This document shows positions 24,264 through 34,248 of a DNA stretch of 37,791 bases, in pieces. Every line of letters starts with the position of its first letter. The first letter of the stretch is position 1. The translations under genes were made by a program, and so were the position numbers. The notes beneath the pieces are model-generated. The model worked only from the letters and a program-made list of their open reading frames with translations. It was not told where the DNA came from and did not search any database. The stretch is taken from sequence record SRR22947727_1528; one strand, 5' to 3'.

Positions 24264-26768
24264 ATGGCAACAGAGAAGAACCCTTATGAGGTTGACGCAC
24301 CAGTGAGCAATGTAATTGCACTGGATGTTGAACGAGATCCCGCAGACAATGTAAGTATTGAAATAGATCCAGAAACAGGTGAAGTCGAAGTAGACTTTGG
24401 ATCTGTAGAGGTTGAGATTGACGAAGACGGTATTGCCGTAATGGAAAAAGGCGGCTTCTATGAAAACCTAGTTGAAACTCTGGACGAAGACGAACTACTA
24501 GACATTGGTAATCAGGTATGTGAAAAGTTTGAAGCAGATAGAGATTCTCGTTCTGAATGGGAGTCTATGTTTGAACGTGGCTTTGATCTGCTTGGTCTAA
24601 AGCTTGAAGAAACAACTGAGCCGTTTGAAGGTGCAGCAACTGCAGTGCATCCATTGCTTATTGAATCTGCAGTAAAGTTTCAGTCAAGAGCTTCTCAAGA
24701 ATTATTCCCAGCCGCTGGTCCTGTCAAGACACAGGTACTAGGCGATGCTACAGAAGATAAACAACGTCAGGCGTCACGTGTTCAAAACTATATGAACTAT
24801 CAGTTGACTGAACAAATGCCTGAATACTTTGACGAATTTGAGAGGATGCTGTTCCATCTTCCACTCATAGGTTCTGCGTTTAAGAAAATTTACTATGACG
24901 CAGCAGAAGAACGCCCTGTTAGTGAGTTTGTTCCCATAGATCAATTCTACGTGTCCTACTATGCCACAGACTTACGCAGGGCTGACAGGTATACCCATGT
25001 AATCTACCGCAGTCCACATGAACTGTATCGTCAGATTGAAGCAGGCATGTACGCCGAAATAGATCTGCCAGAAGCTAAACAACCAGAACAGTCTGCTCTT
25101 ACTGAAAAGATGGACACAGTTCTAGGCTTGTCACCTTCGGGCGATGACGATCCTCAGTATGTGTTGCTTGAGCAGCACTGCTATCTGGACATTGAAGATC
25201 ATGGGTATGCCTGTCCCTATATTGTAACCGTTGAAGAACAGTCACGTATGGTATTGTCAATTCGCCGTAACTGGAATGAAGACGATAAGACAAAGAAAAA
25301 GAAAATGTTCTTTACACATTATCGGTTTGTTCCAGGCTTTGGCTTCTATGGTCTAGGTCTTATACATTTCCTTGGCAACCTTACCATGTCTGCAACTGCA
25401 GCTATGCGTAACCTTATTGACGCAGGACAGTTTGCAAACCTTCCGGGCGGCTTTAAAGCAAAGGGTGTACGTATTGTAGGTGACAATGATCCAGTAGCAC
25501 CTGGTGAATTTAAAGAAGTAGAAGCAACAGGCATGGATCTTACCAAGTCTATTGTGCCTTTACCATATAAAGAACCATCTAATACCTTGTTACAAATGCT
25601 ACAGTTTATTGCAGCGGCAGGTCAGAAGTTTGCAGATACTACTGAGCAAGTCATTACAGATGGGGCTAACTATGGTCCTGTCGGTACAACTATGGCATTG
25701 CTTGAAGCATCTAGCAAGTTCTTTTCAGCTATCCATAAACGTCTACATAAGTCACAGAAAGACGAGTTTAAAATTCTTGCTCGTTTGAACTATGAGTTCT
25801 TGCCTAACAGTTATCCGTATGATGTACCAGGCATTACAGAAAATGTCTTTAGGCGTGACTTCGATGGGCGGGTAGATGTAATTCCGGTTAGTGATCCAAA
25901 CATTCCGTCATCCGCACATCGTCTTATGATGACACAGATGGCTATGCAGTTGGCTCAAACGGCTCCTCCTGGCATGTACAACATGGAAGAACTAAACCGT
26001 ACATTATTACATGCGGCTAATATTCCTAACATTGATAAGATCCTTCCAAGTAAACTAGCAGCACAACCTCTTGATCCTGTGTCAGACATTGAAGCCGCAG
26101 TTAAAGGATTGCCTATTAAAGCATTTGCTGGTCAAAATCATGACGCACATATTCAAATCAAGACTATGTACATGCAAGATCCTATGAATGGTGGTAATCC
26201 TATGATGCAACGTATTGCTCCTGTCCTTCAGGCAAACATCCAAGAGCATATGATTATGAAGTATCAGGAACAAATACAAGGTGTAACACGTGGCATGATG
26301 GCAGAGGCACCTGAAGGTGATCCAAATGCTCAGAACCCACAGATTATTGAGATGGTCATGGCTCAAGCTGCACAACAAGTTATGCAAGCTAACCAAGCCG
26401 CTGCCCAAGCTGGTCCTTCACCAGAGCAAGCAATGGTTCAGATGGAAGCACAACGTCTTGACATTGAACAGCAAAAAGTACAGGCACAACTTGCCAAAGA
26501 AGCTGTCGAAGGCGCACTCAAACAACGTGACCTTGACCTTAAAGAACAGAAGCTTTCTCTTGATGCCTATAAGATTGGTGCAGAGAATACCTTGAAGGCT
26601 GACGAAAAAGAAGCTGATCGTAATAACAAACGTACTATTGAAGCACTCAAGATGATTACTGATCTTATTAAAACTCAAGAACAGTTAGATCAAAATGAAG
26701 CTATGAAAGGAATTGATGTTCTTACTAAAGTATTAATGGAAGGGGCGAAAGAAGGTGGCTCTCAGTAA
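24264..26768 (+). CDS. Portal protein (P22-like, long Gln-rich C-terminal coiled coil)
   Basis: Follows terL; GSAFKKIYYD, FGFYGLGLIH, PVGTTMALLE and DVIPVSDPN segments. Confidence 0.9.
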   Translation: MATEKNPYEVDAPVSNVIALDVERDPADNVSIEIDPETGEVEVDFGSVEVEIDEDGIAVMEKGGFYENLVETLDEDELLDIGNQVCEKFEADRDSRSEWESMFERGFDLLGLKLEETTEPFEGAATAVHPLLIESAVKFQSRASQELFPAAGPVKTQVLGDATEDKQRQASRVQNYMNYQLTEQMPEYFDEFERMLFHLPLIGSAFKKIYYDAAEERPVSEFVPIDQFYVSYYATDLRRADRYTHVIYRSPHELYRQIEAGMYAEIDLPEAKQPEQSALTEKMDTVLGLSPSGDDDPQYVLLEQHCYLDIEDHGYACPYIVTVEEQSRMVLSIRRNWNEDDKTKKKKMFFTHYRFVPGFGFYGLGLIHFLGNLTMSATAAMRNLIDAGQFANLPGGFKAKGVRIVGDNDPVAPGEFKEVEATGMDLTKSIVPLPYKEPSNTLLQMLQFIAAAGQKFADTTEQVITDGANYGPVGTTMALLEASSKFFSAIHKRLHKSQKDEFKILARLNYEFLPNSYPYDVPGITENVFRRDFDGRVDVIPVSDPNIPSSAHRLMMTQMAMQLAQTAPPGMYNMEELNRTLLHAANIPNIDKILPSKLAAQPLDPVSDIEAAVKGLPIKAFAGQNHDAHIQIKTMYMQDPMNGGNPMMQRIAPVLQANIQEHMIMKYQEQIQGVTRGMMAEAPEGDPNAQNPQIIEMVMAQAAQQVMQANQAAAQAGPSPEQAMVQMEAQRLDIEQQKVQAQLAKEAVEGALKQRDLDLKEQKLSLDAYKIGAENTLKADEKEADRNNKRTIEALKMITDLIKTQEQLDQNEAMKGIDVLTKVLMEGAKEGGSQ

Positions 26769-27651
26769 ACTTTTAAAATTAGCAATGAAGGGATCTACTA
26801 AAGCTAAGAAGGTTCCTAAAAAAGCTTTAGATGTTCCACCAGGTATAAAAGAAAAACTTGATAAAGAACTTCCATTAGAAGAAAATACACTTCAAAGAGA
26901 GTTTCTTGAAGAACGTACCATTCAAGGAATACCTATGGAAGATATTCGTAAAGGTGGTTTGCCTGACATTGCCGCTAACTTGCCTGGTTATTCTGAGCAA
27001 CCAGCATTGTTAAGACCAAAACGAAATTCCGAACTTGCAGGTTTTAATCCTAATGTAGATAAGTTTGATAATGGTTTGTCTCCGTTTGTTTCTTTAGATA
27101 GTATTAAAGCTATACGTAAAGCAGGTGCAGATATTAGTCCTTCAGAAGTTAAAAAGTATATAGAACTTCAGAAAAAGTATCGTCCAGGTTATAATAAAAA
27201 CCCAGACATTAAAAGAGAAGGTGATAGGGTTATAAGCGTAACATATGAAATTGAAGATGGATTAACTCAATTAGAAAAAGGACAACTTGCTAAAATAAAT
27301 TCTAAAATGATTGAGGTTGACAAACCTATAAAGGACAGAGCTGCTCTTGTTCGTATGGCAAACCAAACAGATCAAGATATATTCATTGATGCTAAAGGAA
27401 TGCAAACACTCGCTGATGATGGTTTTTTTGATAATTTTAATATAGAAGATTATATTAAATCACAGATGGATATTAGAAATCAAGCTATTTTAGATTTAGA
27501 AGAAATAGGATATGTAAAACCAACTACAGATTTTATTCAACGCTCAGAGCCTGGGTTAATGGAAATGCCTACACCAGCTAATGAAAGAAAACGTGGAGGC
27601 TCTGTAATAGAACGTAACCCTTATGGTATTGATTACCAGAAACTAATTTAA
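26755..27651 (+). CDS. Hypothetical protein, possibly virion-associated
   Basis: 298 aa; GTG start overlapping the portal gene; ends RKRGGSVIERNPY…. Confidence 0.7.
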   Translation: MALSKLLKLAMKGSTKAKKVPKKALDVPPGIKEKLDKELPLEENTLQREFLEERTIQGIPMEDIRKGGLPDIAANLPGYSEQPALLRPKRNSELAGFNPNVDKFDNGLSPFVSLDSIKAIRKAGADISPSEVKKYIELQKKYRPGYNKNPDIKREGDRVISVTYEIEDGLTQLEKGQLAKINSKMIEVDKPIKDRAALVRMANQTDQDIFIDAKGMQTLADDGFFDNFNIEDYIKSQMDIRNQAILDLEEIGYVKPTTDFIQRSEPGLMEMPTPANERKRGGSVIERNPYGIDYQKLI

Positions 27652-27842
27652 TGATTTATGAAGAAATTTACAGAACACTGGCAAAAGAAATTGAATCAGT
27701 GAAAAAAACGCTTGCATCTGGCGGTGCTTCGGATTATCATAGCTATACAAATCTAGTTGGGCGTATTCAAGGACTTGAGTATGCCTTAGTGGAAATTAAA
27801 AGTATAGTCAACAAAATGATATACGAAGATGACGAGGAGTAA
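27651..27842 (+). CDS. Conserved small hypothetical protein
   Basis: LASGGASDY…YTNLVGRIQGL; coupled to the upstream gene. Confidence 0.75.
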   Translation: MIYEEIYRTLAKEIESVKKTLASGGASDYHSYTNLVGRIQGLEYALVEIKSIVNKMIYEDDEE

Positions 27843-27844
27843 AA

Positions 27845-28261
27845 ATGCAAGCAGTAGCAATGGAAAAAGCAATGTTGAATGATCAATGGATCTCTGCAGA
27901 TGAAGCACCAGATCCAACTGTTCTTCCACATATCCCAGGTTATCACATTCTTGTAAGACCTGTATCCGTAAAGAAACAAACAAAGGGTGGTATTTTACTA
28001 CCTGATTCTACAGTAAATGATATTTCTATACTTACAACGGTTGGCAAAGTTCTAGCAATCGGTGATACAGCTTATGAGGATGACAAGAAATTTCCAAAAG
28101 GTCCTTGGTGTTCTGTTGGAGATTATGTCTGCTATGGAAAACATACAGGCCAGAAGTTTTTTTATAAGGGAGTAAGAATGCTTTTGATGTTTGATGATCA
28201 AATATCTATGGTCATTAAAGATCCAAAAGAACTAGATCCAACCTTTAATCTATCAAATTAA
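27845..28261 (+). CDS. groES: GroES-like co-chaperonin
   Basis: PGYHILV…TKGGILLPD…GKVLAIG…VGDYV pattern. Confidence 0.85.
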   Translation: MQAVAMEKAMLNDQWISADEAPDPTVLPHIPGYHILVRPVSVKKQTKGGILLPDSTVNDISILTTVGKVLAIGDTAYEDDKKFPKGPWCSVGDYVCYGKHTGQKFFYKGVRMLLMFDDQISMVIKDPKELDPTFNLSN

Positions 28262-28272
28262 CCCACTAGCTA

Positions 28273-28301
28273 TTGTATAACCTACTTAGTTAGTGTATTA
28301 T
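28273..28301 (+). promoter_or_regulatory. Promoter for the scaffold/capsid genes
   Basis: TTGTAT-N17-TATTAT. Confidence 0.6.
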
Positions 28302-28355
28302 AACAATTAAGCGTAATTCGTCAGTGATCGCATCTGACGTTAAAAGGAGAATTAT

Positions 28356-29333
28356 ATGTCTGATAATTGGACAACGGTAAGCCCTCAAGCCGAAAAAGAG
28401 GAAGAGAAGGTAGAGTTTGAAATTGAAAACGAAGCCGCCTCAGAAGAACAACCACAGCTAGACCTTGGAGATGCCGAAGATGTTCAGCAAAAAACCCAAG
28501 AGCAAGGGGTGGCAGAAGAAACTGAAGAAAAAGAATCGGGCGCACAGAAGCGTATTCGCCAGCTTGTTCGACAGCGTAAAGAGCGTGAGCAACAGATTGC
28601 TGAACTGCAGTCTCGTCAAGAAGCTCTTGAAGCTAAACTAAAAGAACGAGAAACAGACTACGCTAACAGCATCAAGAGTAATCTTGATAATAATGAGCGT
28701 TCAATTGCCGATAAGTTAGAAATGTCTAAGAGTGCTTATCGTCAAGCCGTTGAAAGCGGAGATGCCGACAGGATGTTGGCTGCACAGGAAGCTATGACTA
28801 TTGCTCAAACAGAAGCTATGCAGCTTCGGCAAAGTCAATACGCATATCAAAAGTACCAAGAGGAACTTGCGAATAGCCGTGAAGCAACACCTGCACAACC
28901 AGTAGCAGAAAACTACGATCCTAAAGCGATTGCGTGGGCTGCTAAAAATCCTTGGTTCGGACAGGACAATATTCTTACTCAGGCTGCGCTTCAAATTGAT
29001 GCCAGCATGAAGGATGAGGGTTATGACCCATCAGACAACGAGTATTATGAAGAGATTGACAAAAGACTTTCAAGTGCTTTTCCTTCTAGGTTTGAAGCAT
29101 CAGAGAAAGTCGAAACACGGAATGAAGCACCGAGCAAAGCTTCTCAAGTTGTAGCAGGAGCGTCACGCACTCCCAATCCTAGCTCTGGTCGCAAGGTTAA
29201 GTTATCTCAAGAAGATGTACGGCTTGCAGAGAAATGGGGGATACCACTTGAACAGTATGCAGCCGAAAAGCTTAAAGTAGAAAAAGCAGACGGTGAATAT
29301 ACCAGTATCAGCAATCAGCGTGGAGGTTATTAA
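28356..29333 (+). CDS. Capsid scaffolding protein
   Basis: Acidic coiled coil; position between the portal and MCP genes; C-terminal LAEKWGIPLEQYA. Confidence 0.75.
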   Translation: MSDNWTTVSPQAEKEEEKVEFEIENEAASEEQPQLDLGDAEDVQQKTQEQGVAEETEEKESGAQKRIRQLVRQRKEREQQIAELQSRQEALEAKLKERETDYANSIKSNLDNNERSIADKLEMSKSAYRQAVESGDADRMLAAQEAMTIAQTEAMQLRQSQYAYQKYQEELANSREATPAQPVAENYDPKAIAWAAKNPWFGQDNILTQAALQIDASMKDEGYDPSDNEYYEEIDKRLSSAFPSRFEASEKVETRNEAPSKASQVVAGASRTPNPSSGRKVKLSQEDVRLAEKWGIPLEQYAAEKLKVEKADGEYTSISNQRGGY

Positions 29334-29334
29334 C

Positions 29335-29829
29335 ATGGCACGAACAACAATATCACGTAGTGAGGAGTCTCGTGAACTCAATTCTAGAGAGCAAGATGAC
29401 TATGAATATAGGGAACCAAACCTTCTCGATATTCCTGAATCAGTTGAGCATCGTTTTATTGACCAAGGCTTGAAGCTACGGTGGATTAGGATCTTATCAC
29501 GGAATCAGGATGATTATCGAAACGTAGGCAAACGACAAGCTGAAGGTTGGGAATTTGTTACTGTAGATGAAGTTCCAGAGATGGCTCATTCTTCTTTCGT
29601 GAGAGAAGAAGGACGGTATGAAGGCACGGTCTGTCGTGGAGACCTGGCATTGGCAAAGATGCCCTTGCGTAAAGCCCAAAGCCGTAAGGCATATTATCAG
29701 AATCAAAGTAAGGAAATGGTTGACGCAGTTAATGCCCAGCTAATGAACTCCAGCGATTCACGTATGCCAATTCGTAACAATAGTAAAACACAAGTTACTA
29801 GAGGTCGGCCTTCAAAGTTTCAAGACTAA
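29335..29829 (+). CDS. Conserved head-module protein (start probably MARTTISR)
   Basis: GGAGG RBS; LRWIR…EGWEFV…GDLALAK segments; the ORF track extends it to 29293. Confidence 0.75.
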   Translation: MARTTISRSEESRELNSREQDDYEYREPNLLDIPESVEHRFIDQGLKLRWIRILSRNQDDYRNVGKRQAEGWEFVTVDEVPEMAHSSFVREEGRYEGTVCRGDLALAKMPLRKAQSRKAYYQNQSKEMVDAVNAQLMNSSDSRMPIRNNSKTQVTRGRPSKFQD

Positions 29830-29883
29830 TCTTGAACAGGGTCGGTAACTAGTAGTGTCATTTAATTTAATGGGAGAAAAAAT

Positions 29884-30498
29884 ATGACTGCAACTAAAGC
29901 ATTGTCAGGCTTCCGACCTTCTCGCAAACGTGGCGGTAACATGAATAATGATGGGCAAAATGAATACCCAATCGCATCAGGTTACGCCGCAAACATTTTT
30001 TCGGGCGATCTTGTCCGTATTAATGCAGGGAATGTTGAAGTTGTAACAACTGTAACTGAAATCGTTCAGGGTGTATTCATGGGATGCCGCTACGTAGCTA
30101 ATGGTGATCAGAAGTTCAGTAAATACTGGCCTTCAGGCACATCAGCTACAAACGCAGTAGCTATGATTGCTGACGATTCTCGTGCCGTGTTTGAAGTACA
30201 AGCAGATGCATCTGTAACTGCTGGTGATCTTCACGGTTCTCAAAACTTTGCTGTAACACTTGGAACAGGTTCTACTTTCACAGGACAATCAGGTCACGGT
30301 ATCGCTGCTGCTACTCGCACCACTGGTATCGCAATGTGCCGTCCTCTAAATTCAGTAGACGAGCCAGGTAACGATGTAGCTAACGCTGCTGAGAACGCTT
30401 ATCTAAAGTTGAATGTACAACTCATTCAGCACACAGATAACTTCTTGACTGCCGCTGTTTCTGCACCAGCAACAATCACAGCTTACCTACTAGGTTAA
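29884..30498 (+). CDS. Putative capsid decoration/cement protein
   Basis: Beta-rich and Ala/Gly/Thr-rich; IFSGDLV; immediately upstream of the MCP gene. Confidence 0.65.
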   Translation: MTATKALSGFRPSRKRGGNMNNDGQNEYPIASGYAANIFSGDLVRINAGNVEVVTTVTEIVQGVFMGCRYVANGDQKFSKYWPSGTSATNAVAMIADDSRAVFEVQADASVTAGDLHGSQNFAVTLGTGSTFTGQSGHGIAAATRTTGIAMCRPLNSVDEPGNDVANAAENAYLKLNVQLIQHTDNFLTAAVSAPATITAYLLG

Positions 30499-30514
30499 TA
30501 AGGGAGATTAAATC

Positions 30515-31456
30515 ATGGCTATTAATAGAGCAAGTATTGCGAAAGAGCTTCTCCCCGGCCTCAATGCCGTTTTCGGTATGGAGTATGGAGAAGTTAGTGA
30601 CGAACATGCACCGTTGTTTGAGACTGAAAACTCAGATCGTGCATTTGAAGAAGAAGTATTGTTCACAGGATTTGGTACTGCACCTACTAAAGGTGAAGGT
30701 GCCGCTGTATCCTATGACGATGCACAAGAGAGCTACACTGCTCGCTACACACATGAAACCATTGCTTTGGCCTTTGCGGTTACTGAAGAAGCAATGGAAG
30801 ACAACCTGTACGATACCTTTGCGAAGCTTCGTGCAAGAGGTCTAGCACGTGCAATGGCGAACACCAAGCAAGTAAAAGCTGCAGACGTTTTCAATAACGG
30901 CTTCAACTCTACTTACGTAGGTGGTGACGGTGTAGAATTGTTTTCTGCTTCACACGCAACAATTGGTGCTGGACCCCAGTCCAACTACATCGGTGCTACT
31001 GACTTGTCGGAAGCCGCCCTTGAAGCTGCATTGATCCAGATCTCAAAAGCAAAAGATGATCGTGGTATTCTGATTGGTCTGCAAGCTAAGTCTTTGCACA
31101 TTCCATCAGACCTCGCATTTACCGCTGACCAGATCCTGAACAGCACAATGTCAACAACCATTGGGGTAAACCCAACAACTGCAGCAAACGGTGCGACTAA
31201 TGTTAATGACATTAACTCAATCCGTAATCAGGGTCTTGTACCTGGTGGCTTCTACGTGAACCGCCGCTTTACAGATACTGATGCTTGGTTCATTAAGACT
31301 GATTGTCCTAATGGTGCCAAGATGTTTGTTCGTGCGCCTTTGCAAACCAAGATGGAGCCAGACTTCGACACTGGCAACCTTCGGTTTAAGGCTCGTGAGC
31401 GTTACAGCTTCGGTTGGTCAGATTGGCGTGGCTTCTACGGTTCCGAAGGAGCGTAA
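30515..31456 (+). CDS. Major capsid protein
   Basis: MAINRASIAKELLPGLNAVFG…DFDTGNLRFKARERYSFGWSDWRG; strong RBS; followed by a terminator. Confidence 0.92.
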   Translation: MAINRASIAKELLPGLNAVFGMEYGEVSDEHAPLFETENSDRAFEEEVLFTGFGTAPTKGEGAAVSYDDAQESYTARYTHETIALAFAVTEEAMEDNLYDTFAKLRARGLARAMANTKQVKAADVFNNGFNSTYVGGDGVELFSASHATIGAGPQSNYIGATDLSEAALEAALIQISKAKDDRGILIGLQAKSLHIPSDLAFTADQILNSTMSTTIGVNPTTAANGATNVNDINSIRNQGLVPGGFYVNRRFTDTDAWFIKTDCPNGAKMFVRAPLQTKMEPDFDTGNLRFKARERYSFGWSDWRGFYGSEGA

Positions 31457-31483
31457 GGTCTAACCAATAAAAAAATAAAAATT

Positions 31484-31516
31484 AGAGGGGTGTGGCTTTC
31501 ATATCCCTCTTTTTTT
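31484..31516 (+). terminator. Rho-independent terminator, possibly bidirectional
   Basis: AGAGGG…CCCTCT stem followed by a T run, with an A-rich tract upstream. Confidence 0.8.
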
Positions 31517-31572
31517 GTGTATAATATAGTCAATAGTCCATAAACAACTAACTAATTAACAATGAGGAAAAC

Positions 31573-31878
31573 ATGGCTACAAATATTAAACAAGGTTTTG
31601 TTACTGGTAGTGGTGCCGTATTAGATACGACAACTGGTACTACAGTAACCGATACACGTATTAAAGGAATTACATATTCTGGTGTAGGAACATTTACTAT
31701 TACTGGAAATCAAACAGACGCATACGGAAATGTCAATGGTAACAATATTAAATTTGTTGCAACAACTGTTGTAGATGCAGGTGATATTTACGTTCCTGAT
31801 TTTGGTATTAAAGTATATGGTCCTGTAAAAGTTTCTGCCCCTTCATCTGCAGCGACTGTAGCTATTTACTATGGCTAG
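31573..31878 (+). CDS. Putative virion structural protein
   Basis: 101 aa, beta-rich; GAGG RBS. Confidence 0.7.
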   Translation: MATNIKQGFVTGSGAVLDTTTGTTVTDTRIKGITYSGVGTFTITGNQTDAYGNVNGNNIKFVATTVVDAGDIYVPDFGIKVYGPVKVSAPSSAATVAIYYG

Positions 31879-32533
31879 TTATCTTTATCTCGTAGACGAT
31901 ATTACTCAAGCCTGTGAAAACGATGGCACTGAGTTCCAGACCTATATTCCTAAAATGGTTAATAGGGCTGAAGAACGTATGACACGTGATCTAGATGATT
32001 ACGGTCTAGTTACTTATACCTCAGTCGCAATCTCTGCAGACAATAACATTGTTACTCTTCCTGTCGGAACTCGTGTTATTAAAAACTTTACAGTAACACT
32101 TGGAGCATCTGGTAAATCCCCTATCTTACAAAGAACAGATGAGTTTATTAATGACTATTGGCCTGATGCTACTAGTACAACTGACATTCCTGTTTACTAT
32201 GCACGTAGAGACAACACAACAATTATGATTGCACCAACAACAAATGCTACATATGATGCAGAAATTGTTCATGTTGATAAACCAGTAGCCTTAACTACAG
32301 CTACACCAAATAATTATTTTTCAGATTTCTGCTATGATGCTTTGTTTAATGCTTCAATGGTAGAGGCAATGATGTTTATGAAAGACTATCCAACGGCGCA
32401 GTTGTTTGAACAACGCTACGCTCAATCATTACAGACATTACAAAATCAGGCAAGACGTACTCGTAGAGACGATATGGAAATGCCAGCAAGTCCTGCAGGT
32501 GCAGACAACAACTTACGAATAGGAGCAAACTAA
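31871..32533 (+). CDS. Putative head-tail adaptor protein
   Basis: VNRAEERM, PVYYA, IMIAPT and EAMMFMK; position after the MCP gene. Confidence 0.65.
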   Translation: MASYLYLVDDITQACENDGTEFQTYIPKMVNRAEERMTRDLDDYGLVTYTSVAISADNNIVTLPVGTRVIKNFTVTLGASGKSPILQRTDEFINDYWPDATSTTDIPVYYARRDNTTIMIAPTTNATYDAEIVHVDKPVALTTATPNNYFSDFCYDALFNASMVEAMMFMKDYPTAQLFEQRYAQSLQTLQNQARRTRRDDMEMPASPAGADNNLRIGAN

Positions 32534-32534
32534 A

Positions 32535-33134
32535 ATGGCTAAAAAACATACAGTAAGTAAAGGTGATACAGTATCTGATATTGCTAAACTATACGGTGTA
32601 CGTATACAGGATATTATTTCTGCAAATCCAAATCTTAAAGATGTAAACAAAATTAGAATTGATCAGAAACTAAATATTCCTGCAGCTAAAAAAGGTGACA
32701 ACATAGGTTCACAAGGTCCATATGGTCGTACATCACGAACTGAAATGAATATGATGAACCGTAAGGACGATAGCTATACACGTGGTGTTCGTGCTAAAAT
32801 GAAAGCAGGAGCAGAGACTTCGGCAACTCCTAAAGAAAAAGCAAAGCTTGGTAATAAACTTGTAGGCAGTAGTATGTCGGATACAAAAATGGCACAAGCT
32901 AAAAAAGCTATGATGTCATTGCCTAAGTCTAAGCCAGATATGAAAGCTAAAGCTGCTAAGTCTGCTTCAATTAAACCAGCTACTGAAGCTATGAATAAGA
33001 AGCTTGACGAAATGCGTTCACGTTTCCGTTCTAATAAATCTTATGGCGGTAAGATGGTTAAACGTGGACATGGTGGCGGTCTGGGTTGTGGCGTAGCTAA
33101 AAAAGGATTTGGAGCAGTAAGGGGTGCAGAATGA
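32535..33134 (+). CDS. LysM-domain protein with a basic C-terminal tail
   Basis: HTVSKGDTVSDIAKLYGV…IISANPNLKDVNKIRIDQKLNIP is a LysM domain. Confidence 0.85.
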   Translation: MAKKHTVSKGDTVSDIAKLYGVRIQDIISANPNLKDVNKIRIDQKLNIPAAKKGDNIGSQGPYGRTSRTEMNMMNRKDDSYTRGVRAKMKAGAETSATPKEKAKLGNKLVGSSMSDTKMAQAKKAMMSLPKSKPDMKAKAAKSASIKPATEAMNKKLDEMRSRFRSNKSYGGKMVKRGHGGGLGCGVAKKGFGAVRGAE

Positions 33135-33325
33135 CTAATAGAAAATCTGAAGAGGATCGTGAGTACGAAGATCTTATAAAAGAAATCGAAGCTGCTCAAA
33201 ACGATAAGTTTCTTCTTGATGAAGACTTTGACGAAATGGGTTATGCTTACGGTGGTAAGATTATGAAGAAAAAGCTAGGCGGTCCTATGCGTGGTTATGG
33301 CAAGGCTCGTTTACAGAGACCATAA
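33131..33325 (+). CDS. Small protein with an acidic N-half and a basic xGG-motif tail
   Basis: 64 aa; ATGA overlap. Confidence 0.65.
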   Translation: MTNRKSEEDREYEDLIKEIEAAQNDKFLLDEDFDEMGYAYGGKIMKKKLGGPMRGYGKARLQRP

Positions 33326-33327
33326 CA

Positions 33328-33528
33328 ATGCGTTCTAAACCTAAAAGACCTAAATCTAAAAGCACAGTCAATAAAGCAGGTAACTATACCAAACCTACTA
33401 TGCGTAAACGTTTGTTTGAAAAAATTAAAGCGGGTACTAAGGGTGGTGCATCTGGTCAATGGTCAGCACGTAAGGCACAACTACTAGCTTCTGAATATAA
33501 AAAAGCAGGTGGTGGATATAAGTCGTGA
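33328..33528 (+). CDS. Small basic protein (GQWSARKAQ family)
   Basis: YTKPTMRKRLF…GQWSARKAQLLASEYKKAGGGYK. Confidence 0.75.
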   Translation: MRSKPKRPKSKSTVNKAGNYTKPTMRKRLFEKIKAGTKGGASGQWSARKAQLLASEYKKAGGGYKS

Positions 33529-33713
33529 TAGAGTTTCTTCTTGTTGTTTATATAGGAGCAACAAAGATAGATGAGACACAAAAATTTAAAGATGTGGATA
33601 GATGTTTGTACTTTGCAGAAAGGTTATCTAAACAAAGACCTGTTCCAGCGGGGGATAATAGAAAATTAAATATAACAGCAGTTTGTAAACCAATACCTAA
33701 GTTAGGACAGTAA
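33525..33713 (+). CDS. Small hypothetical protein
   Basis: 62 aa; GTGA overlap. Confidence 0.65.
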   Translation: MIEFLLVVYIGATKIDETQKFKDVDRCLYFAERLSKQRPVPAGDNRKLNITAVCKPIPKLGQ

Positions 33714-33714
33714 T

Positions 33715-34203
33715 ATGATTGCAGAAACTTTAGCAGGTATTGCGTTAGTAAAAAGTGCAGTAGACGGTATTAAATCTGCTATTGGTACAGCAAAAGACAT
33801 TGGTGAAATTGCTGGATATGTTGATCATCTATTTGAAGGTGAAAAACAAATACAACACCAACGTGCTAAAAAATCTGGAATAAGTGTTGGTGATCAGTTT
33901 GGTATTAAGTCTGTAGCGCAAGAGGTCATTGATGCTAAGTTAGCACAAGAAAAAATGGCTGAGATGAAACAACTAATTGATATGCGTTTTGGTCATGGAA
34001 CTTGGCAAGGTATTATAGATGAACGTGCTAAAAGAATACAAGAGGCTAAAGAAGCAGAACTAAAAAGAAAACGTGAAGCTAGGATTGCTCACGAAGAAAT
34101 GATGCACAATATTAAAGTAACTTCAATTGTTAGTATTATTGTTGGAGCATTGATAGGTTTATTATTTTTAGCTATAGTTCTTTTTCCTAGAGCTGCCTAC
34201 TAA
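33715..34203 (+). CDS. Membrane-anchored coiled-coil protein
   Basis: C-terminal TM helix (IVSIIVGALIGLLFLAIVLF) and an amphipathic N-terminus. Confidence 0.75.
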   Translation: MIAETLAGIALVKSAVDGIKSAIGTAKDIGEIAGYVDHLFEGEKQIQHQRAKKSGISVGDQFGIKSVAQEVIDAKLAQEKMAEMKQLIDMRFGHGTWQGIIDERAKRIQEAKEAELKRKREARIAHEEMMHNIKVTSIVSIIVGALIGLLFLAIVLFPRAAY

Positions 34204-34207
34204 ATGA

Positions 34208-34236
34208 TTGTATATATAAATATAAGGTGATATAAT
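34208..34236 (+). promoter_or_regulatory. Late promoter
   Basis: TTGTAT-N17-TATAAT with a TGn extended -10. Confidence 0.7.
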
Positions 34237-34248
34237 AAGGAATGTTAA

